The position numbers were made by a program, and so were the translations under genes. Below are positions 1 through 7,485 of a DNA stretch of 15,735 nucleotides, piece after piece. The notes below the pieces were generated by a model, which saw nothing but the letters and a program-made list of their open reading frames with translations, made no database searches and was not told where the DNA came from. This DNA comes from Rhodothermales bacterium. GTDB taxonomy: Bacteria; Bacteroidota; Rhodothermia; Rhodothermales; VXPQ01. Numbering within the stretch: the stretch's first letter is position 1; every line of letters begins with the position of its first letter. The DNA lies in assembly GCA_040904565.1 (NCBI GenBank), contig JBBDTI010000003.1:48094-63828 (forward strand), written 5' to 3'.

Positions 1-207
1 GGCAAGCCCGTCGAACGGATCGTCGAGCTGGCAAAGGAGCTCGATACGGATGTGCTGGTGATCCCCACGCACGGGCTTTCCGGGGTCAAGCGTGCATTGA
101 TGGGCAGCGTCGCGGAGGGGGTCGTGCGAAAGGCGAATTGTCCGGTTTTCGTGGTGAAGGCGTACGGGAAATCACTGCTGCCCGGTGAAACCGGTCAGCC
201 GTCCTAG
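1..207 (+). CDS. Universal stress protein (USP family), C-terminal part; gene starts before the window
   Basis: Manual frame-1 translation, not in the ORF track: GKPVERIVELAKELDTDVLVIPTHGLSGVKRALMGSVAEGVVRKANCPVFVVK...*, TAG at 205-207. Matches the USP signature (G-x-P...I...D-hydrophobic...HG...GSVAExVVR...CPV). Confidence 0.92.
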   Translation, partial: GKPVERIVELAKELDTDVLVIPTHGLSGVKRALMGSVAEGVVRKANCPVFVVKAYGKSLLPGETGQPS

Positions 208-242
208 CGGCCAGTCGGCGTGGGGAAGCGAACGAGCGCTGA

Positions 243-587
243 TCAGGCGGATCGGTATGTCGCCTCCGCGCGGCGTTTTAGCCGGCTGCAGACGGCCTGG
301 CAGATATCGGCAAGCATCGGGTCGGCGATCCGATAGAAGACGTACAGCCCCTCTTTGCGGCGAGCTACCAGCCCCTCCCGACTCAACAGGCCGAGATGTT
401 TGCTCACGTTCGCCTGGGAGTGTCCCGTGGTCTCAACAATCTGCTGTACGTTCAATTCCTTCTCGACGTGCAGGTGATTGAGAATGTCGAGCCGGACGGG
501 TTCGCTCAGCATCTTGAAACTGCGGGCAACCTGATTCATCAAGTCCCGCGGCACGAGGTTTTCCGCGGAGCGGGAATTTTCGGACAT
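243..587 (-). CDS. ArsR/SmtB family winged-helix transcriptional regulator
   Basis: FKMLSEPVRLDIL...LNVQQIVETTGHSQANVSKHLGLL...GLV.RRKEGLYVFYRI is the ArsR HTH plus wing. A C-terminal CxxxC (ICQAVC) is present. Confidence 0.93.
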   Translation of the reverse strand: MSENSRSAENLVPRDLMNQVARSFKMLSEPVRLDILNHLHVEKELNVQQIVETTGHSQANVSKHLGLLSREGLVARRKEGLYVFYRIADPMLADICQAVCSRLKRRAEATYRSA

Positions 588-663
588 CGACGCTCGTCAC
601 GATGATTCGTAGGGTTCGCGAACGTCGACACCTGGCGAGGTGCCACCAAACTCCGCGAACGGA

Positions 664-691
664 AACTAATTTACTACATGGTTATATAGTA
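664..691. promoter_or_regulatory. Candidate ArsR operator / divergent promoter region
   Basis: AT-rich island in GC-rich DNA between the divergent arsR and yeeE genes. Imperfect palindrome TACTAcAT-ggtt-ATaTAGTA at 672-691, plus an overlapping AACTA (664-668)...TGGTT (679-683). Confidence 0.5.
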
Positions 692-757
692 TGATGAACG
701 GAGCGGTTCCTCGGGACGCTCATAGGGTTATTCAACACGTAGAGAACAGGTACCGTT

Positions 758-1321
758 ATGCCAGACGTCGTTTCGCAGCCGTGGCCGTGGTACGTCGCAG
801 GTCCGCTGATCGGACTGGTCGTGCCGCTGCTGCTTATCCTAGGGGGGAAGGTTTTTGGCGTCTCCGCCAACCTTCGACACATGTGTGCCGCCTCAGTGCC
901 CGGTAACATCGAGTTCCTGAAATACGATTGGAAAGCGGCTGGAATGTGGAATCTCACCTTCATGGTCGGGACGCTGGTAGGCGGCTTCCTGGCCGTTCAG
1001 TTCGTTCCCGCGGCCGGCGTCGAGATCGGCGTATCGGCCGCGACCAAAGCCGATCTTTCAAGCCTCGGTATCACGGACTTCACGGGCCTCGTTCCTCAGG
1101 AGGTCATCAGCTGGAGCGGCCTGATGACGCTGCCCGGATTGATCCTGATCGTTGGGGGCGGTTTTCTGGTCGGATTCGGGGCCCGGTACGCCGGAGGATG
1201 CACGTCCGGCCACGCCATAAGCGGCTTGGCCGATCTCCAGCTGCCGTCACTTGTCGCCGTCATAGGTTTCTTTGTCGGCGGACTGATCGTGACGCACCTC
1301 CTGCTGCCCTTTCTCCTCTAG
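758..1321 (+). CDS. YeeE/YedE family sulfur-compound transport membrane protein (first half of a split pair)
   Basis: Hydrophobic and Gly-rich. Motifs WPWYVAGPLIG, FGVS, and GGFLVGFGARYAGGCTSGHAISG with the conserved Cys. Confidence 0.9.
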   Translation: MPDVVSQPWPWYVAGPLIGLVVPLLLILGGKVFGVSANLRHMCAASVPGNIEFLKYDWKAAGMWNLTFMVGTLVGGFLAVQFVPAAGVEIGVSAATKADLSSLGITDFTGLVPQEVISWSGLMTLPGLILIVGGGFLVGFGARYAGGCTSGHAISGLADLQLPSLVAVIGFFVGGLIVTHLLLPFLL

Positions 1322-1333
1322 ACCTGTAAAATC

Positions 1334-1831
1334 ATGGCACAGACAATAGATCAGCGAGAGACGCTACGTAAGGGTGTGGAGACCGGTGAGACGTCGGACG
1401 CGGCGCGTCCGGGGCTCGGACTCCTCATCTATCTGGTGATCGGTATCGGATTCGGGATCGTGCTCGTGCGAAGCGAGGTTGTTTCGTGGTTCCGTATCCA
1501 GGAGATGTTTCGATTCCAGAGCTTTCACATGTACGGCATTATCGGGTCGGCCGTGATGGTGGCGGCGCTATCCATCCAGATCATTAAGCGGATGGGGCTC
1601 AAGACCGTGGCCGGCGAGCCGATTGCCATCAGCCCGAAAGAGTGGGGCAAAGGGACGCGCTACTGGCTCGGGGGGACGATCTTCGGCTTAGGATGGGCGC
1701 TCCTCGGCGCGTGCCCCGGTCCTATCTTCGCGCTGCTCGGAAGCGGCATCACCGTGATGGTCGTCGCCCTGGTTTCCGCCTTGGCGGGCACGTGGACGTA
1801 TGCGGCCCTCAGGCCGCGGCTTCCGCACTGA
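1334..1831 (+). CDS. YeeE/YedE family sulfur-compound transport membrane protein (second half of the pair)
   Basis: GIGFGIVL, SWFRIQEMFRFQSFHMYG and GGTIFGLGWALLGACPGP motifs. Starts 12 bp after the preceding gene, so probably co-transcribed. Confidence 0.9.
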   Translation: MAQTIDQRETLRKGVETGETSDAARPGLGLLIYLVIGIGFGIVLVRSEVVSWFRIQEMFRFQSFHMYGIIGSAVMVAALSIQIIKRMGLKTVAGEPIAISPKEWGKGTRYWLGGTIFGLGWALLGACPGPIFALLGSGITVMVVALVSALAGTWTYAALRPRLPH

Positions 1832-1832
1832 G

Positions 1833-2690
1833 TTATTCCTCGTCCGACAGCACGTCGAAGACGACGCGGCTCCAGCCACGTGGTCCGACGCCCTCGACCG
1901 TAACCAGATTGTCGACGTCGAGATCGTCCCACGACTCATCGGGTTTCTGAACGAGGAACGGGCGGTCGACGGCTGCCAGGAGCGATGCGTCTCCGTGGCC
2001 GTCTCCGATGCCTATGGTTTCGATCTCTCCGACCTCGCGTCGCAGCAGCTCCGAGACGAGCCGCACGCCGCGCCCCTTATCGGTCAGCGCCGAAAAGACA
2101 CTTGTGAAGCGGTCGCCCTCGACGCAGGCGAGGCCGCGCTCGGCAAGGGCGAGAAAAAAGTCATCCCACTCTTCGTCCGTCAGCCGTTCCTCGATCGTGT
2201 CGCTAAACTCCCGTTCGGCGGCAAGCGCGGCGCCGTCCATGTCGAGCCCCGATTTTTCGGCGATCTCGCTGACGGACATGTCGCTGTATCGCTGGAACTG
2301 GAGCCCCGTCGTCCGGCGGATCTCATCGAGCAGCTCGCGAACGCGATGGGCCGGAATGCCGAGCTCCACCACGTCGACTTCCGCCGCGCTTCCGTACGTA
2401 CTGCCGGCGGGACGTGCACCCGGCACGGAATCGTGAAAATAATCGGGTGGGAAATAGACCGCGGATCCGTTTTCGACGATGAACGGATCGAAGATGTCGA
2501 GATCTTGCTGGAGGGCAAGCTGCTCCGCGCGCGTCTTGGACGAACAAAAGATGAGCGGGATGCCCTCATCGAGGACGGACTCGACCGCTTCCTCAGCCGG
2601 TGTCCAGGATCGTGTGCCCGCATCGAGCAGTGCTCCGTTGAGTCCAGTAAAGATGATGCGATACGGGTCGCCGTTCTCCGGTGTCTCCAC
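1833..2690 (-). CDS. HAD-IIB family protein, mannosyl-3-phosphoglycerate phosphatase (MpgP/YedP)-like, with degenerate catalytic motif I
   Basis: IPLIFCSSKTRAEQ, PFIVENGSAVYFP, LAAEREFSD, DKGRGV, TIGIGDGHGD and GPRGW match the MpgP/YedP family. Motif I reads FTGLNGALLD instead of FTDLDGTLLD. GTG start, exact start uncertain. Confidence 0.85.
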   Translation of the reverse strand: METPENGDPYRIIFTGLNGALLDAGTRSWTPAEEAVESVLDEGIPLIFCSSKTRAEQLALQQDLDIFDPFIVENGSAVYFPPDYFHDSVPGARPAGSTYGSAAEVDVVELGIPAHRVRELLDEIRRTTGLQFQRYSDMSVSEIAEKSGLDMDGAALAAEREFSDTIEERLTDEEWDDFFLALAERGLACVEGDRFTSVFSALTDKGRGVRLVSELLRREVGEIETIGIGDGHGDASLLAAVDRPFLVQKPDESWDDLDVDNLVTVEGVGPRGWSRVVFDVLSDEE

Positions 2691-2862
2691 GAGGTAGTGT
2701 CAGCTTCCTTGATTGTTAAACGATAGCGATGAAAGATCGGAAGGGCGAGGCGGCGGCAAAATTGGCGCGCCGTGTAACATCCATTGACCGTACACGTCTA
2801 CGAATGTGCAACCGTCAATTCTTCCGATGGGTGATTGCTTCTATGATGGTATTTAGCCATCG

Positions 2863-2900
2863 AAAGGTCCGATCGCCGCAGGCGGTCGGACCTTTGTTTG
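2863..2900 (+). terminator. Intrinsic-terminator-like hairpin, possibly bidirectional
   Basis: AAAGGTCCGATCGCC-gca-GGCGGTCGGACCTTT (2863-2895) is a 15-bp stem with one U.G pair on + (a C/A mismatch on -), followed by GTTTG. Confidence 0.6.
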
Positions 2901-2987
2901 TAGATGGTTGCGGGGTTGTTACCTGGCCGGAGTGACGAACGAGCGAACGGGCCGCATCGACGACGATGAGGCGGTCCTACGGGTGCG

Positions 2988-3842
2988 TCATCCCCCGTCC
3001 GGCATAACCAGATCGAGCAATCGTACGAGGTGCTCACGCAGTTCCCGCCGGTCGACGACGAGGTCCACGAATCCGTGCTCTTCCAGAAACTCGGCACTCT
3101 GAAAGCCCTCCGGTAAATCCTGTCCGATCGTTTCGCGAATAACGCGAGGGCCGGCAAAGCCGATCAGCGCTTCCGGTTCGGCGAGGTTGAAATCACCGAG
3201 CATGGCGAACGAGGCCGTGACGCCGCCCGTAGTGGGGTTGGTCATCAAGGAAATGTAAGGGAGGCCGGCATCGTCGAGTCGGCCCAGAAGCGCACTCGTT
3301 TTCGCCATCTGCATGAGACTCAGCGCTCCTTCCATCATGCGCGCGCCGCCGCTCTGGGAAATGATGAGCAGGGCCGCGCGCTCGGTATAGGCTCGCTTGA
3401 TGGCGCGTGCGATGATCTCCCCGACGACGGAGCCCATGGATCCGCCGATAAACGAAAAATCCATCGCCGCGGCAGAAAGCCGGTGACCGCCGACCGTGCC
3501 CATCGCAGCGCGCGCCGCATCATTCATTCTGGTCTTTTTGCGCGCGGCCTCGAGGCGGTCCTGATACGTCTTCCTGTCGTTAAACTCGAGCGGGTCCGTC
3601 GACAAGAGATCTTCGTCGAACAGCTTGAATTCGGCCTCGTCGAAGATCATGCGAAAGTATGACAGGCTGCTCATCGAGAAATGATAGCCTGAACTTGGCA
3701 CCACCAGGAGATTATCTTCCAATTCCCGCCGGTTGACGATCTCCCCGGATTTCGGGCACTTTACCCACTGACCTTCAGGCATCTCGTTCTGCTCCTTCAG
3801 GTCGGTCAGTATGCCCGCCCTCTGTCGTTTAAACCAGGCCAT
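2988..3842 (-). CDS. accD: Acetyl-CoA carboxylase carboxyltransferase subunit beta
   Basis: DPLEFND, MDFSFIGGSMGSVVGE, SGGARMMEGALSLMQMAK, PTTGGVTASFAMLGD, AEPEALIGFAGPRVI, LPEGFQSAEFLEEHGFVD. Start moved to ATG 3842 (MAWFKR), the usual N-terminus for this protein. Confidence 0.97.
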   Translation of the reverse strand: MAWFKRQRAGILTDLKEQNEMPEGQWVKCPKSGEIVNRRELEDNLLVVPSSGYHFSMSSLSYFRMIFDEAEFKLFDEDLLSTDPLEFNDRKTYQDRLEAARKKTRMNDAARAAMGTVGGHRLSAAAMDFSFIGGSMGSVVGEIIARAIKRAYTERAALLIISQSGGARMMEGALSLMQMAKTSALLGRLDDAGLPYISLMTNPTTGGVTASFAMLGDFNLAEPEALIGFAGPRVIRETIGQDLPEGFQSAEFLEEHGFVDLVVDRRELREHLVRLLDLVMPDGG

Positions 3843-3960
3843 ATCGTTGTCTATATCAAGATGGTCCAAAGCCCTACGCTCATCGTCCGTCAAACGACCC
3901 GCAAATCCTCTCGATCTCATGGTAACGGCGTGGGCCGGCGTGGCGGCAGCACGTCCGATG

Positions 3961-4683
3961 TTAGAACGACAGCTTCTCGAAAGCCGACGCTATGGGCTTC
4001 ATGGCGACGAATTCTTTTAGATAATACGGTTCAAACGTGACCGCGTCTTCCACGTCGCCGCGCTCGAGCTTTCGCAGGCCACATCGAGCCACGGTCGTAG
4101 CAGACGGACGGACGTCCGCGCGGACCAGGATCCGCCGCGGGTTTGCCGCTATACGGAGACGGTCGGTCTTCCACCACCCGTCACCGATCAGGAACAGCGA
4201 GCCGTCCGGCTCCGGATCCAGCCATTCCGGTAGGTCCTCGAGCGAAACGGCCGCCGTCTCAAGTTCCGGCACCAGCGTGCCGTCTGCCGTAACTCGATAG
4301 ACGGCGGCGTAGACTTCGTTGCGGCGCGCGTCGAACGCTGCGGCAATGCGGTCGTTCCGACGGGCGAACGGCTCCGCGCGGTAGGCGAGAGCGAGAAGGC
4401 TAGGGACGGAAACCAGGTGTGCCCCGGTCGCCGTAGCAAGCCCTTTCGCGGTGCTGACGCCGATGCGAAGGCCCGTATACGAACCCGGACCGCTCGACAC
4501 GGCCACGGCCGCCAGATCGGTCCTGTCTACGGCACCGCGGCGGAGAACGTCAGCAATCATCGGGACGAGGTGCTCCGCGTGGGCGCGTGGGCGATCGAGC
4601 GTTGCATGCGCGACCACGCGGTGGCCATCCGACAGCGCTACGCTGCATACGGGCGTCGCCGTCTCCAGTGCGAGTACGTTCAA
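3961..4683 (-). CDS. tsaB: tRNA threonylcarbamoyladenosine biosynthesis protein TsaB (YeaZ)
   Basis: LALETATPVCSVAL, HAEHLVPMI, AVSSGPGSYTGLRIGVSTAKGLA, DARRNEVY and the terminal FEPYYLK. TTG start. Confidence 0.96.
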   Translation of the reverse strand: MNVLALETATPVCSVALSDGHRVVAHATLDRPRAHAEHLVPMIADVLRRGAVDRTDLAAVAVSSGPGSYTGLRIGVSTAKGLATATGAHLVSVPSLLALAYRAEPFARRNDRIAAAFDARRNEVYAAVYRVTADGTLVPELETAAVSLEDLPEWLDPEPDGSLFLIGDGWWKTDRLRIAANPRRILVRADVRPSATTVARCGLRKLERGDVEDAVTFEPYYLKEFVAMKPIASAFEKLSF

Positions 4684-4904
4684 TACGGGACCGTTCTTGA
4701 TTATGTATCGATCGAGCGTATTTTAGACGAGGCAGCACCGCGAGGGTTCTGAATGAGACTGCTACCCCGCCGGTCTGCGGGCCCTGTTTAGGGGTGCGTG
4801 CTTACGTCCTGAAAGCTTGTTGCAAGCACGTCAAGGCCCCGTCAAGACTCGCGCCGCGTGTCTGTGGTGCATCTCCTTCATCGTTGACGGTCACGGAGGA
4901 TGTT

Positions 4905-7028
4905 ATGAATGTATACGACGCCGATCATATCCGGAACGTCGCGCTCGTAGGGCACCATGGAAGCGGCAAGACGATGCTGGCGGAGGCCATGCTTCTGTCC
5001 AGCGGTGCCATCAAGCGGATGGGCGACATCGAGACGGGGACTACGGTCTCCGATTTTCATCCCAGCGAGCACGAACGCCAGATGTCCGTTTTTGCGTCGC
5101 TCGTGCACGCGGAATGGAAGGGGCACAAGATCAACATCATCGACACGCCGGGGTATCCCGACTTCGTCGGGGAAGTTATTTCAGCGCTCAAGGTGTCCGA
5201 CACCGCGATATTCGTGATGAACGCCGTCGAAGGGGTTCAGGTCGGGACGGAGCTGGCGTGGATCTACGGCGAGATGATCGATATGCCATCCATGTTCGTC
5301 ATCAACCAGATGGACCGGCATGAATCCGATTTCAGGATGCTGGTCCGTCAGCTCAAAGAACGATTCGGGTCCGGTGCCACGGTAGTTCAGTTGCCGGCCG
5401 GGACGGGGTCACGGGCCATCATCGACGTTCTGGTGATGAAGCAGCTCACGTTCCCCGATTCGGGGGGCGCGCCGGAAGTTACGGAGATCGACGAGGCCTT
5501 TCGAGAGGAGGCCGAGGCGCTCCATACGACGCTCATCGAGGATATCGCCGAGAACGACGAAGGCCTCATGGAGCTCTACTTCGAGAAAGGGGAGCTGGAT
5601 GAGGACGAGATGCGCGAGGGGCTGCACAAGGCGATGCTTCGCAGGCAGCTCTTCCCCATCTTCGTTACGAGCGCAACGGGCAACGTCGGCGTCTCCCGTC
5701 TCATGAACTTTATTGACAACGTGCTGCCGTCGCCGGCCGAGATGCCGCCGGCGACGGTGGACGAAGGGGAGCCCGTAGACGCCGATCCGTCGGGGGATCC
5801 CATCGCCCTGGTCTATAAGACCATGGCCGAGCAGCACGTAGGCGATTATTCGTTCCTCCGTATCTACTCGGGAACGTTGTCGCAGGGGATGGATCTGGAG
5901 AATGCCCAGACGTCGACGATGGAGCGGCTCGGCCAGCTATTTGGCATCAACGGGCGCGAGCGGGATCCGGTACCGAGCATGGTGGCGGGGGATCTGGGGG
6001 CGCTGGTTAAGATGAAGAATACGCACACCAACAATACGCTGCGCCCGAAAGGGTCCGACGTCGTCATGCACCCGATCGAGTTTCCGGAGCCGCGCTACCG
6101 CACGGCCATCCGGCCGATGCGCGAAGGGGAGGAAGACAAGCTCGCCCAGGGGCTGCATCAGCTGGTGGAGGAGGACCCGTCCCTCGTCGTCGTCCACGAT
6201 CAGCATCTGAAGCAGATCACGCTCGGGGGGCAGGGCGAGATGCACCTTCAGGTGGCGAAATATCGGTTGTCGAACCGGTTCAACGTCGACGTCGAATATT
6301 TCCGCCCACGCGTTGCGTACCGTGAAACCATTACCCGGCAGGCGAGGTCGAGCTACCGCCACAAGAAGCAGACGGGCGGGGCGGGTCAGTTTGCCGACAT
6401 TTCTATAATGGTAGAGCCGCTGAACGGCGAGTTCCATCCGCCGTCGGACATCTCCGTCCGCAACAAAGCGGAGGTCGAGACTGCCTGGGGCGCCAGGATC
6501 CATTTCGTGGATGCCATCGTGGGCGGCGTCATCGACATGCGGCGTTTTTTCGGAGCCATTCAGAAGGGGGTGCTGGATGCGACGCAGGACGGGCCCATCG
6601 CCGGCTATCCGGTGGGGGACTGCCGCGTCGTTGTCTATGACGGCGGGATGCATCCGGTCGATTCCAACGAGGCCGCCTTCAAGACGGCCGCGCGCAGCTG
6701 TTTTCGCGACGCGTTTCGTTCGGCGAGTCCGGCCATTCTCGAGCCGATCTTCGACGTTACGATCACGGTGCCCGAAGATTTCGTCGGCGACGTCATGGGG
6801 GACCTCAACACACGTCGCGGCCGGATACAGGGCATCGAGGCCGAGGGACTCTTCCAGAATATTCTGGCGCAGGTACCCGAGTCGGAGCTGTACCGCTACT
6901 CGACGGCCCTGCGGTCGATGACGCAGGGGCGCGGCATCCATCACGCCGAATTCAGTCACTACGAGGCCATGCCCCGCCACGTCCAGGAACAGGTGGTTGA
7001 GGAAGCGGGAGAGATGGAGCGGACCTGA
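4905..7028 (+). CDS. fusA: Elongation factor G paralog (EF-G2 / EF-G-like), 707 aa
   Basis: G1 GHHGSGKT, G3 DTPGY, G4 NQMD, GQGEMHL, HKKQTGGAGQF, HPVDSNE, VMGDLNTRRGRI, LRSMTQGRG. Switch I is ERQMSV rather than ERGITI and the gene is outside the rpsL-rpsG-fusA operon, so this is the secondary paralog. Start set at ATG 4905 with GGAGG at 4895-4899. Confidence 0.95.
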   Translation: MNVYDADHIRNVALVGHHGSGKTMLAEAMLLSSGAIKRMGDIETGTTVSDFHPSEHERQMSVFASLVHAEWKGHKINIIDTPGYPDFVGEVISALKVSDTAIFVMNAVEGVQVGTELAWIYGEMIDMPSMFVINQMDRHESDFRMLVRQLKERFGSGATVVQLPAGTGSRAIIDVLVMKQLTFPDSGGAPEVTEIDEAFREEAEALHTTLIEDIAENDEGLMELYFEKGELDEDEMREGLHKAMLRRQLFPIFVTSATGNVGVSRLMNFIDNVLPSPAEMPPATVDEGEPVDADPSGDPIALVYKTMAEQHVGDYSFLRIYSGTLSQGMDLENAQTSTMERLGQLFGINGRERDPVPSMVAGDLGALVKMKNTHTNNTLRPKGSDVVMHPIEFPEPRYRTAIRPMREGEEDKLAQGLHQLVEEDPSLVVVHDQHLKQITLGGQGEMHLQVAKYRLSNRFNVDVEYFRPRVAYRETITRQARSSYRHKKQTGGAGQFADISIMVEPLNGEFHPPSDISVRNKAEVETAWGARIHFVDAIVGGVIDMRRFFGAIQKGVLDATQDGPIAGYPVGDCRVVVYDGGMHPVDSNEAAFKTAARSCFRDAFRSASPAILEPIFDVTITVPEDFVGDVMGDLNTRRGRIQGIEAEGLFQNILAQVPESELYRYSTALRSMTQGRGIHHAEFSHYEAMPRHVQEQVVEEAGEMERT

Positions 7029-7080
7029 CGCCGAGTGTCGTTGCCAGGCGGCATCACCGGGCGGCCGCCGTGGAGCGCCG

Positions 7081-7108
7081 CGTCCGGACGGCCCACGCGG
7101 ACGTTTTT
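7081..7108 (+). terminator. Possible intrinsic terminator after EF-G2
   Basis: CGTCCG (7081-7086), 11-nt loop, CGGACG (7098-7103), then TTTTT. About 50 nt after the EF-G2 stop. Short stem and large loop. Confidence 0.4.
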
Positions 7109-7214
7109 CCTACGCGTGCGTACGGGTTTTTACCTACATCTTTTGACCGAACACCTGGATATTGTTAGATATAGCGGAGAGGTCAGTGGGGGTGAAAGAG
7201 GCGGAGGTGTCGCG

Positions 7215-7433
7215 ATGCGGGGGTCTTTTCAAGCAATCAACACGATTCAGCTGTTGCCCGATGAAAAGCTGCTGAAGGAGCTGGAGGAAGCCCGGCGGCA
7301 GCGGACCACGTCGTCGACCGCGCGTGCAGGGGATCGCGGCAGCCGGCGCCAGAACGACCGGCGCCTGGAAGCAATCAAGAGAGAACTGAAGGACCGGGGC
7401 CTCGATGGCCCGCCGTGGTGGTCGCAGGTCTGA
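7215..7433 (+). CDS. Small hypothetical protein (72 aa, charged, predicted helical hairpin)
   Basis: GGAGGT Shine-Dalgarno at 7203-7208, 6 nt before ATG 7215. TTGACC at 7143-7148 upstream and a strong + strand terminator downstream. Fills the gap between EF-G2 and the convergent ppsA. Confidence 0.7.
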   Translation: MRGSFQAINTIQLLPDEKLLKELEEARRQRTTSSTARAGDRGSRRQNDRRLEAIKRELKDRGLDGPPWWSQV

Positions 7434-7485
7434 GATCGCAAAACCGGATCGTGAGCAACCAGCTCTGGGCGGGGTGTTTATCACG

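Noticed and set aside
614-623. Perfect 10-bp palindrome GTTCGCGAAC near the arsR start
   Set aside because: CG/TCGA-centred palindromes are very frequent throughout this sequence, so it is not distinctive.
2798-2860. His-rich 20-aa - strand mini-ORF (MAKYHHRSNHPSEELTVAHS) as a leader peptide
   Set aside because: Downstream gene is unrelated to histidine synthesis, no SD, and no terminator follows it on the - strand.
2729-2935. 68-aa + strand ORF in the mpgP-like/accD gap
   Set aside because: No SD, no recognisable motif, and it reads through the strong terminator hairpin.
2949-2977. Hairpin GGGCCGC-ATCG-acga-CGAT-gag-GCGGTCC just after the accD stop
   Set aside because: Bulged stem without a real U-tract on either strand; too weak to call a terminator.
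4794-4904. N-terminal extensions in the ORF track (EF-G2, and likewise accD, ligase/GNAT, epimerase, the 7035 and 14796 ORFs)
   Set aside because: Downstream ATGs fit family N-termini and/or ribosome-binding signals better; the extensions look non-coding.
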